Shown here: positions 27,141 through 35,115 of the stretch, piece after piece
Layout of the letters: each line of letters starts with the position of its first letter
Position numbering within the stretch: the first letter of the stretch is position 1
From: Gemmatimonadales bacterium
Lineage (GTDB): Bacteria > Gemmatimonadota > Gemmatimonadetes > Palauibacterales > Palauibacteraceae
Length of the DNA: 43,627 nucleotides
Direction of reading: 5' to 3'
Assembly (NCBI GenBank): GCA_030600085.1
Contig: JAUVMT010000001.1
Span: forward strand, 1-43,627
The notes under the pieces: generated by a model
What the model saw: the letters and a program-made list of their open reading frames with translations, nothing else
What the model was told of the DNA's origin: nothing
The model's database searches: none
Translations under genes and position numbers: made by a program

Positions 27141-28859
27141 ATGAGTAGCGTTCTCACCGACGGAGCGAAGGCGGAGCTTCAGCGCGAGATCGAGCGCCGT
27201 CGCGCCGAGCTGGGCCGCCTCGAGAAGAGCTTGGCTCGCTGGGAGGAGGCGTACGCCGCCAGTAAGCTCCGTCCCGACGCGGACTTCACGACCGTATCCG
27301 GAACCCCTATCCGCCCGCTGTACACGCCCCTGGACACCGCGGACGACGATTACCTGCGCGATCTCGGCCTGCCCGGCGAGTACCCGTTCACGCGCGGCCC
27401 CTACGCCAGCATGTACCGCACGAGGCTGTGGACCATGCGGCTCTTCTCCGGCTTCGCCACGGCGGAGGATACCAACCAGCGTTACAAGTTCCTCCTAAAG
27501 CGCGGGCAGACCGGTCTTTCGGTGGCGTTCGACTTCCCGACGCTCATGGGCTACGACTCCGATGACCCGCTCTCGGCGGGTGAGGTGGGCAAGTGCGGGG
27601 TCGCCATCGCGAGCCTCGCCGACATGGAGACGCTGTTCGACGGGATCCCGCTGGACGAAGTGTCCGTCTCCATGACGATCAACGGGCCGGCGATGATGCT
27701 CTACTGCTTCCTGCTCGTCGCCGCCGAGAAGCAGGGAGTGCCGTTCGAGAAGGTCCGAGGGACGATCCAGAACGACATCCTCAAGGAGTACATGGCGCAG
27801 CATGCGTGGATCTTTCCGCCACGTCCCGCGCTGAAGGTCATCACCGACTCGTTCGAGTGGTCGAGCGAGCACGCGCCCCGCTTCAACACGATCTCCATCT
27901 CCGGCTACCACATACGGGAGGCAGGGGCGACCGCCGCGCAGGAGCTCGCCTTCACCCTCAAGAACGGGTTTACATACGTGGAGGAGGGGATCCGCCGCGG
28001 CCTGGACGTGGATGCCTTCGCGCCCCGTCTCTCCTTCTTTTGGGACGTCCACAACGACTTCTTCGAGGAGATCGCCAAGTTCAGGGCGGCTCGGCGCATC
28101 TGGGCGCGGCATCTGCGGGACGTGTACGGGGCACAGAGCCCCGCGAGCTGGCGGTTGCGCACTCACGCGCAGACGGCCGGCGTGACCCTGACCGCCCAGC
28201 AGCCCCACAACAACATCGTCCGCATCGCGTACCAGGGCATGGCGGCCGTGCTCGGCGGCACCCAGTCCCTGCACACGAACGCGATGGACGAGACGCTCGC
28301 CCTGCCGACCGAGCACGCGGTCCGCGTCGCCCTCTGCACCCAGCAGATCCTCGCCTACGAGACAGGCGTGGCCAACACGATCGACCCGCTCGCCGGCTCC
28401 TATTACGTGGAGAGCCTGACCGACCAGATGGAGGAGGAGGCCGAGGCGATGTTCGAGGAGATCGACACCCTGGGAGGCGTCGTCGCGGGGATCGAGACGG
28501 GGTACTTCCAGGCACAGATCGCCAACTCGTCGCGCCGCTTCCAGCAGGAGGTGGACTCGAAGCGGCGGATCATCGTCGGCGTGAACGACTTCATCGAGAG
28601 CGACGATGTGCCGATCGAGATTCTCCGGATCGGAGAGGAAGCCGCCGCGAAGCAGGAGAAGCGGCTCGCCGACCTAAAGGCTCGCCGGGACGGCGCGGCG
28701 GTCGAGAAGGTGCTGGCTCGGCTGCGGCAGGCGGCGCGCGACGACGAGAACCTGATGCCGCCGATGCTGGATGCGGTTCGCGCCTACGCGACCCTGGGCG
28801 AGATCCGCCACACCCTCGAGGGCGTGTACGGCCGCTTCCAGGAGCCGGTTACCTTCTAG
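27141..28859 (+). CDS. Coenzyme-B12-dependent acyl-CoA mutase, catalytic (large) subunit; isobutyryl-CoA-mutase-like signature
   Basis: FTRGPYASMYRTRLWTMRLFSGF, GLSVAFDFPT, TIQNDILKEYMAQHAWIFPP, ISISGYHIREAGA and SLHTNAMDE. It has no B12-binding domain and ends after the TIM-barrel/linker. ATG 27141 is preceded by GGTAGGAG. Confidence 0.92.
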   Translation: MSSVLTDGAKAELQREIERRRAELGRLEKSLARWEEAYAASKLRPDADFTTVSGTPIRPLYTPLDTADDDYLRDLGLPGEYPFTRGPYASMYRTRLWTMRLFSGFATAEDTNQRYKFLLKRGQTGLSVAFDFPTLMGYDSDDPLSAGEVGKCGVAIASLADMETLFDGIPLDEVSVSMTINGPAMMLYCFLLVAAEKQGVPFEKVRGTIQNDILKEYMAQHAWIFPPRPALKVITDSFEWSSEHAPRFNTISISGYHIREAGATAAQELAFTLKNGFTYVEEGIRRGLDVDAFAPRLSFFWDVHNDFFEEIAKFRAARRIWARHLRDVYGAQSPASWRLRTHAQTAGVTLTAQQPHNNIVRIAYQGMAAVLGGTQSLHTNAMDETLALPTEHAVRVALCTQQILAYETGVANTIDPLAGSYYVESLTDQMEEEAEAMFEEIDTLGGVVAGIETGYFQAQIANSSRRFQQEVDSKRRIIVGVNDFIESDDVPIEILRIGEEAAAKQEKRLADLKARRDGAAVEKVLARLRQAARDDENLMPPMLDAVRAYATLGEIRHTLEGVYGRFQEPVTF

Positions 28860-28873
28860 GAGCTTCCAGCAGG

Positions 28874-29131
28874 CTACAATCGGTCGCGTATTCTCTCGTA
28901 GCCCTTCTTCAGCTCCTCCATGAGCATCGAGAGCGCGGCCTTGACGTCGTCCGACGCGTCGTCAGCCTCCTCGCCGGCGGCCCTCAGCTTCCCCTTGAGC
29001 CGGTCCCACTTGTCCTCCAGCTCGTCCCACTCGTCGCGGGCTTCGGCCTTGGCGAGCGCCGCCTTGACCCTCAGCTCATCCCGCTGTTGCTGCAGTTTCT
29101 CGGTCAGCTCTCGCAGCTCGTTCCGATCCAT
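28874..29131 (-). CDS. Small acidic coiled-coil protein (85 aa), hypothetical
   Basis: MDRNELRELTEKLQQQRDELRVKAALAKAEARDEWDELEDKWDRLKGKL shows heptad-like charged helices. GC-rich third positions, with GGAG 10 nt upstream of the ATG. Confidence 0.6.
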   Translation of the reverse strand: MDRNELRELTEKLQQQRDELRVKAALAKAEARDEWDELEDKWDRLKGKLRAAGEEADDASDDVKAALSMLMEELKKGYERIRDRL

Positions 29132-29135
29132 CCCT

Positions 29136-29202
29136 GTCGCTCCGTTTCCTGTCTCAGACTTCGTGACGACCTCGTCGCCTCCGTTTCGATCCTGTCTTCA
29201 GA
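29136..29202 (-). repeat. Imperfect direct duplication (about 23/29 bp) of the SD-containing leader of the coiled-coil ORF
   Basis: Plus strand: gtcgctccgtttcctgtctcaga (29136-29158) and gtcgcctccgtttcgatcctgtcttcaga (29174-29202). In mRNA sense: UCUGAAGACAGGAUCGAAACGGAGGCGAC ... UCUGAGACAGGAAACGGAGCGAC-AGGG-AUG. Confidence 0.8.
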
Positions 29203-29225
29203 GTTCCTGGCGCGCTCTTGGCTTC

Positions 29226-30353
29226 TCAACTCTTGGTGGTCGGCGTGGCTGGCATCTCCGCCGCCGGCAGCTGAGAGGGAGCCGCGGGCGTCTCCTGAAC
29301 CGGCGCCAGCTCGGGTCCCAGAAGCACCCCGATCCACCGCGTGCTCTCCTGCAGCTCCAGGGCGCGCTTGAGGATGACGGTGAGAGGCACCGACAGGAGC
29401 ATGCCCACCGGGCCGAGAACCCAGCCCCAGAAGACCAGCGACAGGAAGACAATGAGGGTGGAGAGCCCCATCCCGCGGCCCATGACACGTGGCTCGATGA
29501 CGTTGCCTATCAACATGTTCACGACCAGATAGCCGATCGCGGCCGCCAGCCCCGTCCCGGGTCCGAGTTGCAGGTAGGAGAACAGGACGCCGGGTACGGC
29601 GGCGATGTAGGAGCCGATCGTCGGTATGTAGTTGAGCACGAAGGCGAGCAATCCCCACAGGAGGGGGTATTCGACGCCGAGATACGCGAGCCAGGCGGCG
29701 ACGAGCGCGCCGGTGCCCAGGCTCACCAACGTCTTGATGCCGATGTAGCGCCGCACATCCTCAGAGAAGCTCGAGAACGTCTCGAAGGCGGAGGCACCCT
29801 CGGCCTCGCCCAGGGCCGCTCGCAGCTTGACCGGGATCCCGGACACCTCGATGAGGATGAAGATGATCGTGATGAGGATCAGGACCGTGTTCGTCAGCAC
29901 GCCGCGAAGGGCGACCAGGACGATGCCGACCAGATCGAGGATCTTCCCGAGCTCGAAGTAGCGCAGGATGAAGTCGCCGGACACATCGAACCCGAAGCCA
30001 CGCACCCAGCTGAGCAGCGCCTGGATCTCGGTCTCGAGTCGCCGCTGATAGAGCGGCAGCCCGCGCGTGAAATCGAAGATCGAGGAACCGAGCACCGTGC
30101 CGACGCCCGTAAAGATGCCCAGCAGTCCGAGGACCACGATCGTGACGGCGAGCCAGCGGGGAAGACCGACCTTCCGCAGGAAGCCGAGGGGGCCCGTGCA
30201 GAGGACGGCGATGAAGACGGCGAGGAAGAACGGCACAAGCATCCCAGCGGCCGCCCGCATGCCCGCTATCACAACGACGAAAGCCGCTGCGCTGATCAAC
30301 ATGCCTCGGCCAGCCGGCCGGATGCTCTCCCCTGAGGTTGGAAGTGTGGGCAT
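29226..30353 (-). CDS. AI-2E family transporter (PerM/UPF0118)
   Basis: About 8 TM helices. The conserved C-terminal block is NYIPTIGSYIAAVPGVL ... NVIEPRVMGRGMGLSTLIVFLSLVFWGWVLGPVGMLLSVPLT. Confidence 0.88.
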   Translation of the reverse strand: MPTLPTSGESIRPAGRGMLISAAAFVVVIAGMRAAAGMLVPFFLAVFIAVLCTGPLGFLRKVGLPRWLAVTIVVLGLLGIFTGVGTVLGSSIFDFTRGLPLYQRRLETEIQALLSWVRGFGFDVSGDFILRYFELGKILDLVGIVLVALRGVLTNTVLILITIIFILIEVSGIPVKLRAALGEAEGASAFETFSSFSEDVRRYIGIKTLVSLGTGALVAAWLAYLGVEYPLLWGLLAFVLNYIPTIGSYIAAVPGVLFSYLQLGPGTGLAAAIGYLVVNMLIGNVIEPRVMGRGMGLSTLIVFLSLVFWGWVLGPVGMLLSVPLTVILKRALELQESTRWIGVLLGPELAPVQETPAAPSQLPAAEMPATPTTKS

Positions 30354-30521
30354 CTCTACTCAACATAGTCGTTTGCCGTCTCCAACGGCCACCAATCGGC
30401 ATCTCGTTGCCGCCCTCCACCAGGCACCGGTAACTTGGCTTGCCGGCCCTCGCGAATCAGGGACGTAAACGCCGGCTCTCGTTGATTCGAGCGCGTGTAC
30501 AAGCGGAGCAGCGTCGCGATC

Positions 30522-30977
30522 ATGACGGAACGAAGAATCAGGGTTCTCGTGGCCAAGCCGGGTCTGGACGGCCACGATCGTGGAGCCAAGGTGATCGCCG
30601 CCGCGCTGCGGGATGCCGGGATGGAGGTCGTCTACACCGGCCTTCACCAGACCCCCGAGATGGTCGCCAGCACGGCGCTCCAGGAGGACGTGGACGTCGT
30701 CGCGCTCTCGATCCTGTCCGGCGCCCACATGACCCTCTTCCCCCGGGTGAAGCGGCTGCTGGACGAGAAGGGGCTCACGGACATCCTCGTGACCGGGGGC
30801 GGGATCATCCCCGCTGAGGACGCCACTGAGCTCCGTGCGTTGGGCATCGGTAAGCTGTTCACGCCGGGCACGACCATGCAGGAGGCCGTCGACTACATCC
30901 GCTCCTGGGTCGAGGCCCGAGACGCCGCGGGCGGCTCTTCGGGCGAGCCTTCGGATGACTCTTCGAGGGGCGAATGA
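30522..30977 (+). CDS. Acyl-CoA mutase B12-binding (small) subunit
   Basis: [20 protein letters not shown] (DxHxxG), ALSILSGAH and VTGGGIIP. I start at ATG 30522; the track start GTG 30495 is possible. Confidence 0.9.
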   Translation: MTERRIRVLVAKPGLDGHDRGAKVIAAALRDAGMEVVYTGLHQTPEMVASTALQEDVDVVALSILSGAHMTLFPRVKRLLDEKGLTDILVTGGGIIPAEDATELRALGIGKLFTPGTTMQEAVDYIRSWVEARDAAGGSSGEPSDDSSRGE

Positions 30978-32587
30978 CCACGGCCGCGAACTCCCGAATG
31001 GGCGAACTGGTGGCCGAGCTCGCCGAGCTGGAGGAGCGTCTTCGCCAGGGTGGCGGCCCCGCGAAGATCGAGAAGCAGCACTCGCAGGGAAAACTGACGG
31101 CAAGGGAGCGGGTCGAGCTTCTGCTGGATCCCGGCGGCGGCTTTCTCGAGATCGGACTGCTCGTCGCGTACGATCAGTACGACGGGCGGGCGCCGGCCGC
31201 CGGCGTGTTGACGGGTGTGGGCGAGGTTTGCGGTCGCGAGATCGTGATCGTCGCCAACGACGCCACGGTGAAGGCGGGAAGCTGGTGGCCGGAGACGATC
31301 ACCAAGATGCTGCGCGCCCAGGAGATCGCGATGCGATGCCGCATCCCGATCATCTATATGGTCGACTCGGCCGGCGTGAACCTTCCCTACCAGGGCGGCG
31401 TCTTTCCGGGGAAGTACGGCGCGAGCCGGATCTTCTACTACAACTCGATCATGCGGCACTATCTCGAGGTGCCTCAGCTCTCCGCCGTGATGGGGCCGTG
31501 CATCGCGGGAGGCGCGTATCTACCGGCGCTCTCGGACGTGATCATCATGGTCGAAGGAACGAGCTTCATGGGACTCGGCGGTCCGAACCTGGTGAAGGGC
31601 GCGACCGGGCAGGAGGTGGAGAGTGAGGAGCTTGGCGGTGCCGCCACGCACACCGGTATCAGCGGGGTCGCGCACTACATGGTCGAAGATGACCAGGCGT
31701 GCATCGAGCGGCTGCGTGATCTCCTGTCCGAGCTTCCGGCTCGGAGCTTACCGCCGCCCCAAACGGAGCCGCGTCCGCCCGAGCGCCCCCCGGAAGACGC
31801 CTACGAGATCATGCCGCCGGACCACCGACAGCCGTACGAGACGGAAGAGCTGCTCTCCACCTTCCTCGACGCGGGCGGCTGGGACGAGTTCCAGGCCGAC
31901 TATGCTCCCGAGCTCCTCACGGCCGTGGCTCGGCTCGAGGGGCGATCGGTCGGCGTGCTCGCGAACCGGCGGGGGATGTACCGGAGCCAGGGGGGCGGAC
32001 CTCCCAAGTTCGGCGGCATCGTGTACACGGACACCGCCGAGAAGACGGCCTACTTCATGGAGGTCTGCGACCGACACCACATCCCGCTCCTCTTCGTGCA
32101 GGACGTGAGCGGGTTCATGGTCGGCAAAGAGGCCGAGCACTCCGGGATCATCCGGGCCGGAGCGCAGATGGTCGAAGCGATGGCCACGGCGCGAGTGCCC
32201 AAGGTGGTGCTCACAGTCAATCACGCGAGCGGGGCCGGCTACTACGCGATGGCCGGCCAGGGCTTCGATCCCGACTTCATCTTCACCTGGCCCACCGGTC
32301 GGATGGGTGTGATGGAGGGCGAGTCGGCGGTCCAGGCGATCTACGGGCCCAAACTCGACCGCGCGGCCGCCGGCGAGGAGCTGCCGCCGGAGACGGAGGC
32401 GGAGATCGAGCGGACTCGAGACGAGTACGAGGAGCAACTGGACGCCCGATACGCGGCGGCGCGCGGCTTCGTCGACGCGATCGTACGGCCGGAGGACACC
32501 CGGCCGGTGCTCGATCTTGCCCTGCGCGCGGCCATGAACAACCCGGCGCCCCATATCGGCGCCTTTACGTTGCCCGACGATGCCTGA
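30974..32587 (+). CDS. Acyl-CoA carboxylase carboxyltransferase (beta) subunit, methylcrotonyl-/geranyl-CoA carboxylase-like
   Basis: [55 protein letters not shown] and LGGAATH. Second CT half: [37 protein letters not shown]. The ATG overlaps the upstream stop (ATGA). Confidence 0.9.
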   Translation: MTTAANSRMGELVAELAELEERLRQGGGPAKIEKQHSQGKLTARERVELLLDPGGGFLEIGLLVAYDQYDGRAPAAGVLTGVGEVCGREIVIVANDATVKAGSWWPETITKMLRAQEIAMRCRIPIIYMVDSAGVNLPYQGGVFPGKYGASRIFYYNSIMRHYLEVPQLSAVMGPCIAGGAYLPALSDVIIMVEGTSFMGLGGPNLVKGATGQEVESEELGGAATHTGISGVAHYMVEDDQACIERLRDLLSELPARSLPPPQTEPRPPERPPEDAYEIMPPDHRQPYETEELLSTFLDAGGWDEFQADYAPELLTAVARLEGRSVGVLANRRGMYRSQGGGPPKFGGIVYTDTAEKTAYFMEVCDRHHIPLLFVQDVSGFMVGKEAEHSGIIRAGAQMVEAMATARVPKVVLTVNHASGAGYYAMAGQGFDPDFIFTWPTGRMGVMEGESAVQAIYGPKLDRAAAGEELPPETEAEIERTRDEYEEQLDARYAAARGFVDAIVRPEDTRPVLDLALRAAMNNPAPHIGAFTLPDDA

Positions 32588-33962
32588 GCCCCCGGATCGG
32601 CCCGTGCGCGTCGCCTCCGGCCAAGGTTTTTGGGGAGACTGGCAGGAGGCTCCCAAGCTGCAGGTCCGCCGCGGACCCATCGAATACCTGATGCTCGACT
32701 ACCTGGCCGAAATCACGATGTCGATCCTGGAGAAGCAGCGGGAGCGCGATCCTGCGGCCGGATACGCACGGGACTTCGTCGATCTGGTGCTCGACCTCGC
32801 TCCCGACCTGGTGTCCAAGGGGATCCGGGTGGTGAGCAACGCCGGAGGCGTCAACCCGGACGCCTGCCGAGACGCGCTCGTGCAGCGGCTCACGGATGTC
32901 GACACGGTGCGTCCGCTACGAATCGCGACCGTTCGGGGTGACGACCTGATGTCGCGGCTCGACGAGGTGCTGGCCGCGGGCCACGAGCTCCGGAACATGG
33001 AGACCGGCGAACCCCTGAGTACCGTACGCGAGAGGGTCACGGCCGCCAATGCATATATGGGAGCGGGCCCGATCCTCGAGGCGTTGCGGCAGGAAGCCGA
33101 CGTCGTCGTCACCGGCCGCTCGACCGACACGGCGCTGACCTACGCGCCGCTGATCCACGAGTTCGGGTGGGAGGCGGACGACTGGAACCGGATCGCCGCG
33201 GGCGTCGTGGCCGGGCACATCAACGAGTGCGGGGCCCAAGCGTGCGGCGGCAACACACTCTTCCGGTGGCGCGAAGTGGACCTGGTCGAGCCGGGTTACC
33301 CGATCATCGAGGCATCGGCCGACGGATCGTTCGTCGTCACGAAGCACGCCTCGCTGGGCGGCCGGGTGAACTGGGCCAGCGTCACCGAGCAGCTCGTCTA
33401 CGAGATGGGGGATCCGACCGAGTACATCACGCCGGATTGTGTGGCCGACTTTTCGACGATCCAGCTCGAGGATCTGGGAGGCGACCGCGTACGGGTGACG
33501 GGCGTAGAGGGCCGGCCACGGCCCGAGCTGTTGAAGGTCTCGATCGCCTACCGGGGCGGCTACAAGGCGACCGGGATGCTCACCTACTCGTATCCGGACG
33601 CGTACGAGAAGGCGGTCGCGGCGGACCGGGTGCTGCGCGGTCGACTGGATCGACTGGGCCTGGAGTTCGACGAGATCCGAACGGAGTATGTCGGCGCGGG
33701 TGCGTGCCACGGCCCGCTCGCCGGATCGCCCGACCCGTCAGTGCCGGAAGTAGAGCTGCGGATCAGCGTTCGAGGAGACGACCGGGCGCGCGTGGAGCGC
33801 TTCACGCGCGAGCTCGCGCCGCTTATCCTCGCCGGCCCGCCCACCGTGACGGGCTTCGCCGCGGGCAGGCCGCGGGTTCACGAAGTCATGGCCTACTGGC
33901 CGGCTCTCATCGAGCGGGAGGTGGTGGAGAGCGTGGTGCGCGTAGAGGTCACCGAAGCGTGA
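32580..33962 (+). CDS. DUF1446 / AtuA-like (acyclic terpene utilization family) protein
   Basis: The N-terminal VRVASGQGFWGDW ... IEYLMLDYLAEITMSIL pattern and the 460-aa size fit my memory of DUF1446. This needs HMM confirmation. Confidence 0.8.
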   Translation: MPEPPDRPVRVASGQGFWGDWQEAPKLQVRRGPIEYLMLDYLAEITMSILEKQRERDPAAGYARDFVDLVLDLAPDLVSKGIRVVSNAGGVNPDACRDALVQRLTDVDTVRPLRIATVRGDDLMSRLDEVLAAGHELRNMETGEPLSTVRERVTAANAYMGAGPILEALRQEADVVVTGRSTDTALTYAPLIHEFGWEADDWNRIAAGVVAGHINECGAQACGGNTLFRWREVDLVEPGYPIIEASADGSFVVTKHASLGGRVNWASVTEQLVYEMGDPTEYITPDCVADFSTIQLEDLGGDRVRVTGVEGRPRPELLKVSIAYRGGYKATGMLTYSYPDAYEKAVAADRVLRGRLDRLGLEFDEIRTEYVGAGACHGPLAGSPDPSVPEVELRISVRGDDRARVERFTRELAPLILAGPPTVTGFAAGRPRVHEVMAYWPALIEREVVESVVRVEVTEA

Positions 33963-34327
33963 AAGTACCACTTTGGCGCGTCGCGTTCGCGCGGTCGGGT
34001 GACAAGGGAGACACCGTGAACGTCGGTCTAATCGCGTTCACGACATCACTGTATCCTGTTTTGACAGAGCTTGTTACAGCAGACAAAGTGAAGCAGCACT
34101 TCAAGGGCATCTGCCGCGGATCCGTCGATCGATACGAGCTCCCAAACCTGTGCGCCCTGAATTTCCTGCTGCACGAGTCGTTGGGTGGGGGCGGAACGGT
34201 CTCGCTGATGCTGGATGCGCAGGGGAAGACCTTCAGCGCGGCGCTGCTGCGGATGGAAGTCGACGTTGCGGAGGACCTCGTCCGTGAGGCTGATGAGGTG
34301 TCCGGATGGTCGGAGCGCCTCGAATGA
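33959..34327 (+). CDS. Small AtuA-partner protein (resembles the C-terminal module fused to or adjacent to DUF1446 proteins; DUF4387-like)
   Basis: 122 aa; VAFARSGDKGDTVNVGLIAF ... RYELPNLCALNFLL ... GGGGTVSLMLDAQGKT. The GTG overlaps the AtuA-like stop (GTGA). It is the C-terminal part of the over-extended track ORF 33167..34327. Confidence 0.65.
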   Translation: MKVPLWRVAFARSGDKGDTVNVGLIAFTTSLYPVLTELVTADKVKQHFKGICRGSVDRYELPNLCALNFLLHESLGGGGTVSLMLDAQGKTFSAALLRMEVDVAEDLVREADEVSGWSERLE

Positions 34328-35088
34328 CTTACGCGCATCTGCTCACCCGAATCGACGACACCAGGGTGAACCGCATCTCGCTTGACCGCCCCAGTCAGCG
34401 GAACGCGTTGAACGCCGAGCTGGTGGCCGAGCTCAAGGACGCGCTCGCGCTCGCCGACGCCGACGAGCGGGTGCGCGTCGTCCTGCTCACCGGTGAGGGT
34501 CCCGATTTCTGCGCCGGGGCCGACCTGCGCGAGATCCAGGAGTCGATCGAGGCCGGCGTGCTCGAGAGTCTCGCCGACGCCGAGTCGCTCGGCGAGCTCT
34601 TCCTCCTTCTGAGGAAGGTGCGGAAACCGGTGGTGGCCGCCGTTCACGGCCGGTCGCTCGCCGGCGGCTGCGGGCTCGCGACGGCATGCGATCTGGTCGT
34701 GGCGGCCTCCGACTCGCAGTTCGGCTATCCCGAGGTCCGGCTCGGCTTCGTGCCCGCGATGGTCATGGCGATGCTGCGCCGCTCGGTAGGCGAGAAGCGG
34801 GCCTTCGAGCTCGTCGCCCTCGGAGACCGAATCGATGCCGAGACCGCGCGAGAGTACGGGCTCGTGAGCCGGGTCTTCCCCGCGGAGGAGTTCCACGCCC
34901 ACGCGGAGGAGTTCGCGGTCCGGCTCGCCGAGCGAAGCGCGTCGGCCCTGGCGCTCTCCAAGGAGCTGTTGTATCAGATCGACGGCATGAGCTTCGAGGC
35001 GGCGATCCGCACCGGGGCGGAGGTGAACGCCATCGCGCGGCTCACGCCGGACTGCCAGGAGGGCATCCGGCGCTTCCTCGAGCGCTGA
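34324..35088 (+). CDS. Enoyl-CoA hydratase/isomerase (crotonase) family protein
   Basis: LDRPSQRNALN, LTGEGPDFCAGADL, AVHGRSLAGGCGLATACD and YPEVRLGFVPA. ATG 34324 overlaps the upstream stop (ATGA). Confidence 0.9.
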   Translation: MTYAHLLTRIDDTRVNRISLDRPSQRNALNAELVAELKDALALADADERVRVVLLTGEGPDFCAGADLREIQESIEAGVLESLADAESLGELFLLLRKVRKPVVAAVHGRSLAGGCGLATACDLVVAASDSQFGYPEVRLGFVPAMVMAMLRRSVGEKRAFELVALGDRIDAETAREYGLVSRVFPAEEFHAHAEEFAVRLAERSASALALSKELLYQIDGMSFEAAIRTGAEVNAIARLTPDCQEGIRRFLER

Positions 35089-35090
35089 CC

Positions 35091-35108
35091 GAAAAGAGAG
35101 AAAAGAGA
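35091..35108 (+). repeat. Tandem 9-bp purine repeat GAAAAGAGA x2 inside a 25-nt near-pure purine leader
   Basis: gaaaagaga gaaaagaga gataggg ATG (35091-35115, one pyrimidine only), immediately upstream of the 35116 start. Confidence 0.9.
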
Positions 35109-35115
35109 GATAGGG

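Noticed and set aside
27593-30335. Long plus-strand ORFs 27593..29371 (592 aa) and 28920..30335 (471 aa)
   Set aside because: These are out-of-frame or antisense shadows of the mutase catalytic subunit, the coiled-coil ORF and the AI-2E transporter. Their sequences are Arg/Gly/Asp/Pro low-complexity.
30354-30521. Possible cobalamin riboswitch upstream of the B12-binding subunit
   Set aside because: I could not find a B12-box-like core (GCCACTG-type) or the conserved paired elements. The region is also short for this class. A covariance-model scan would be the decisive check.
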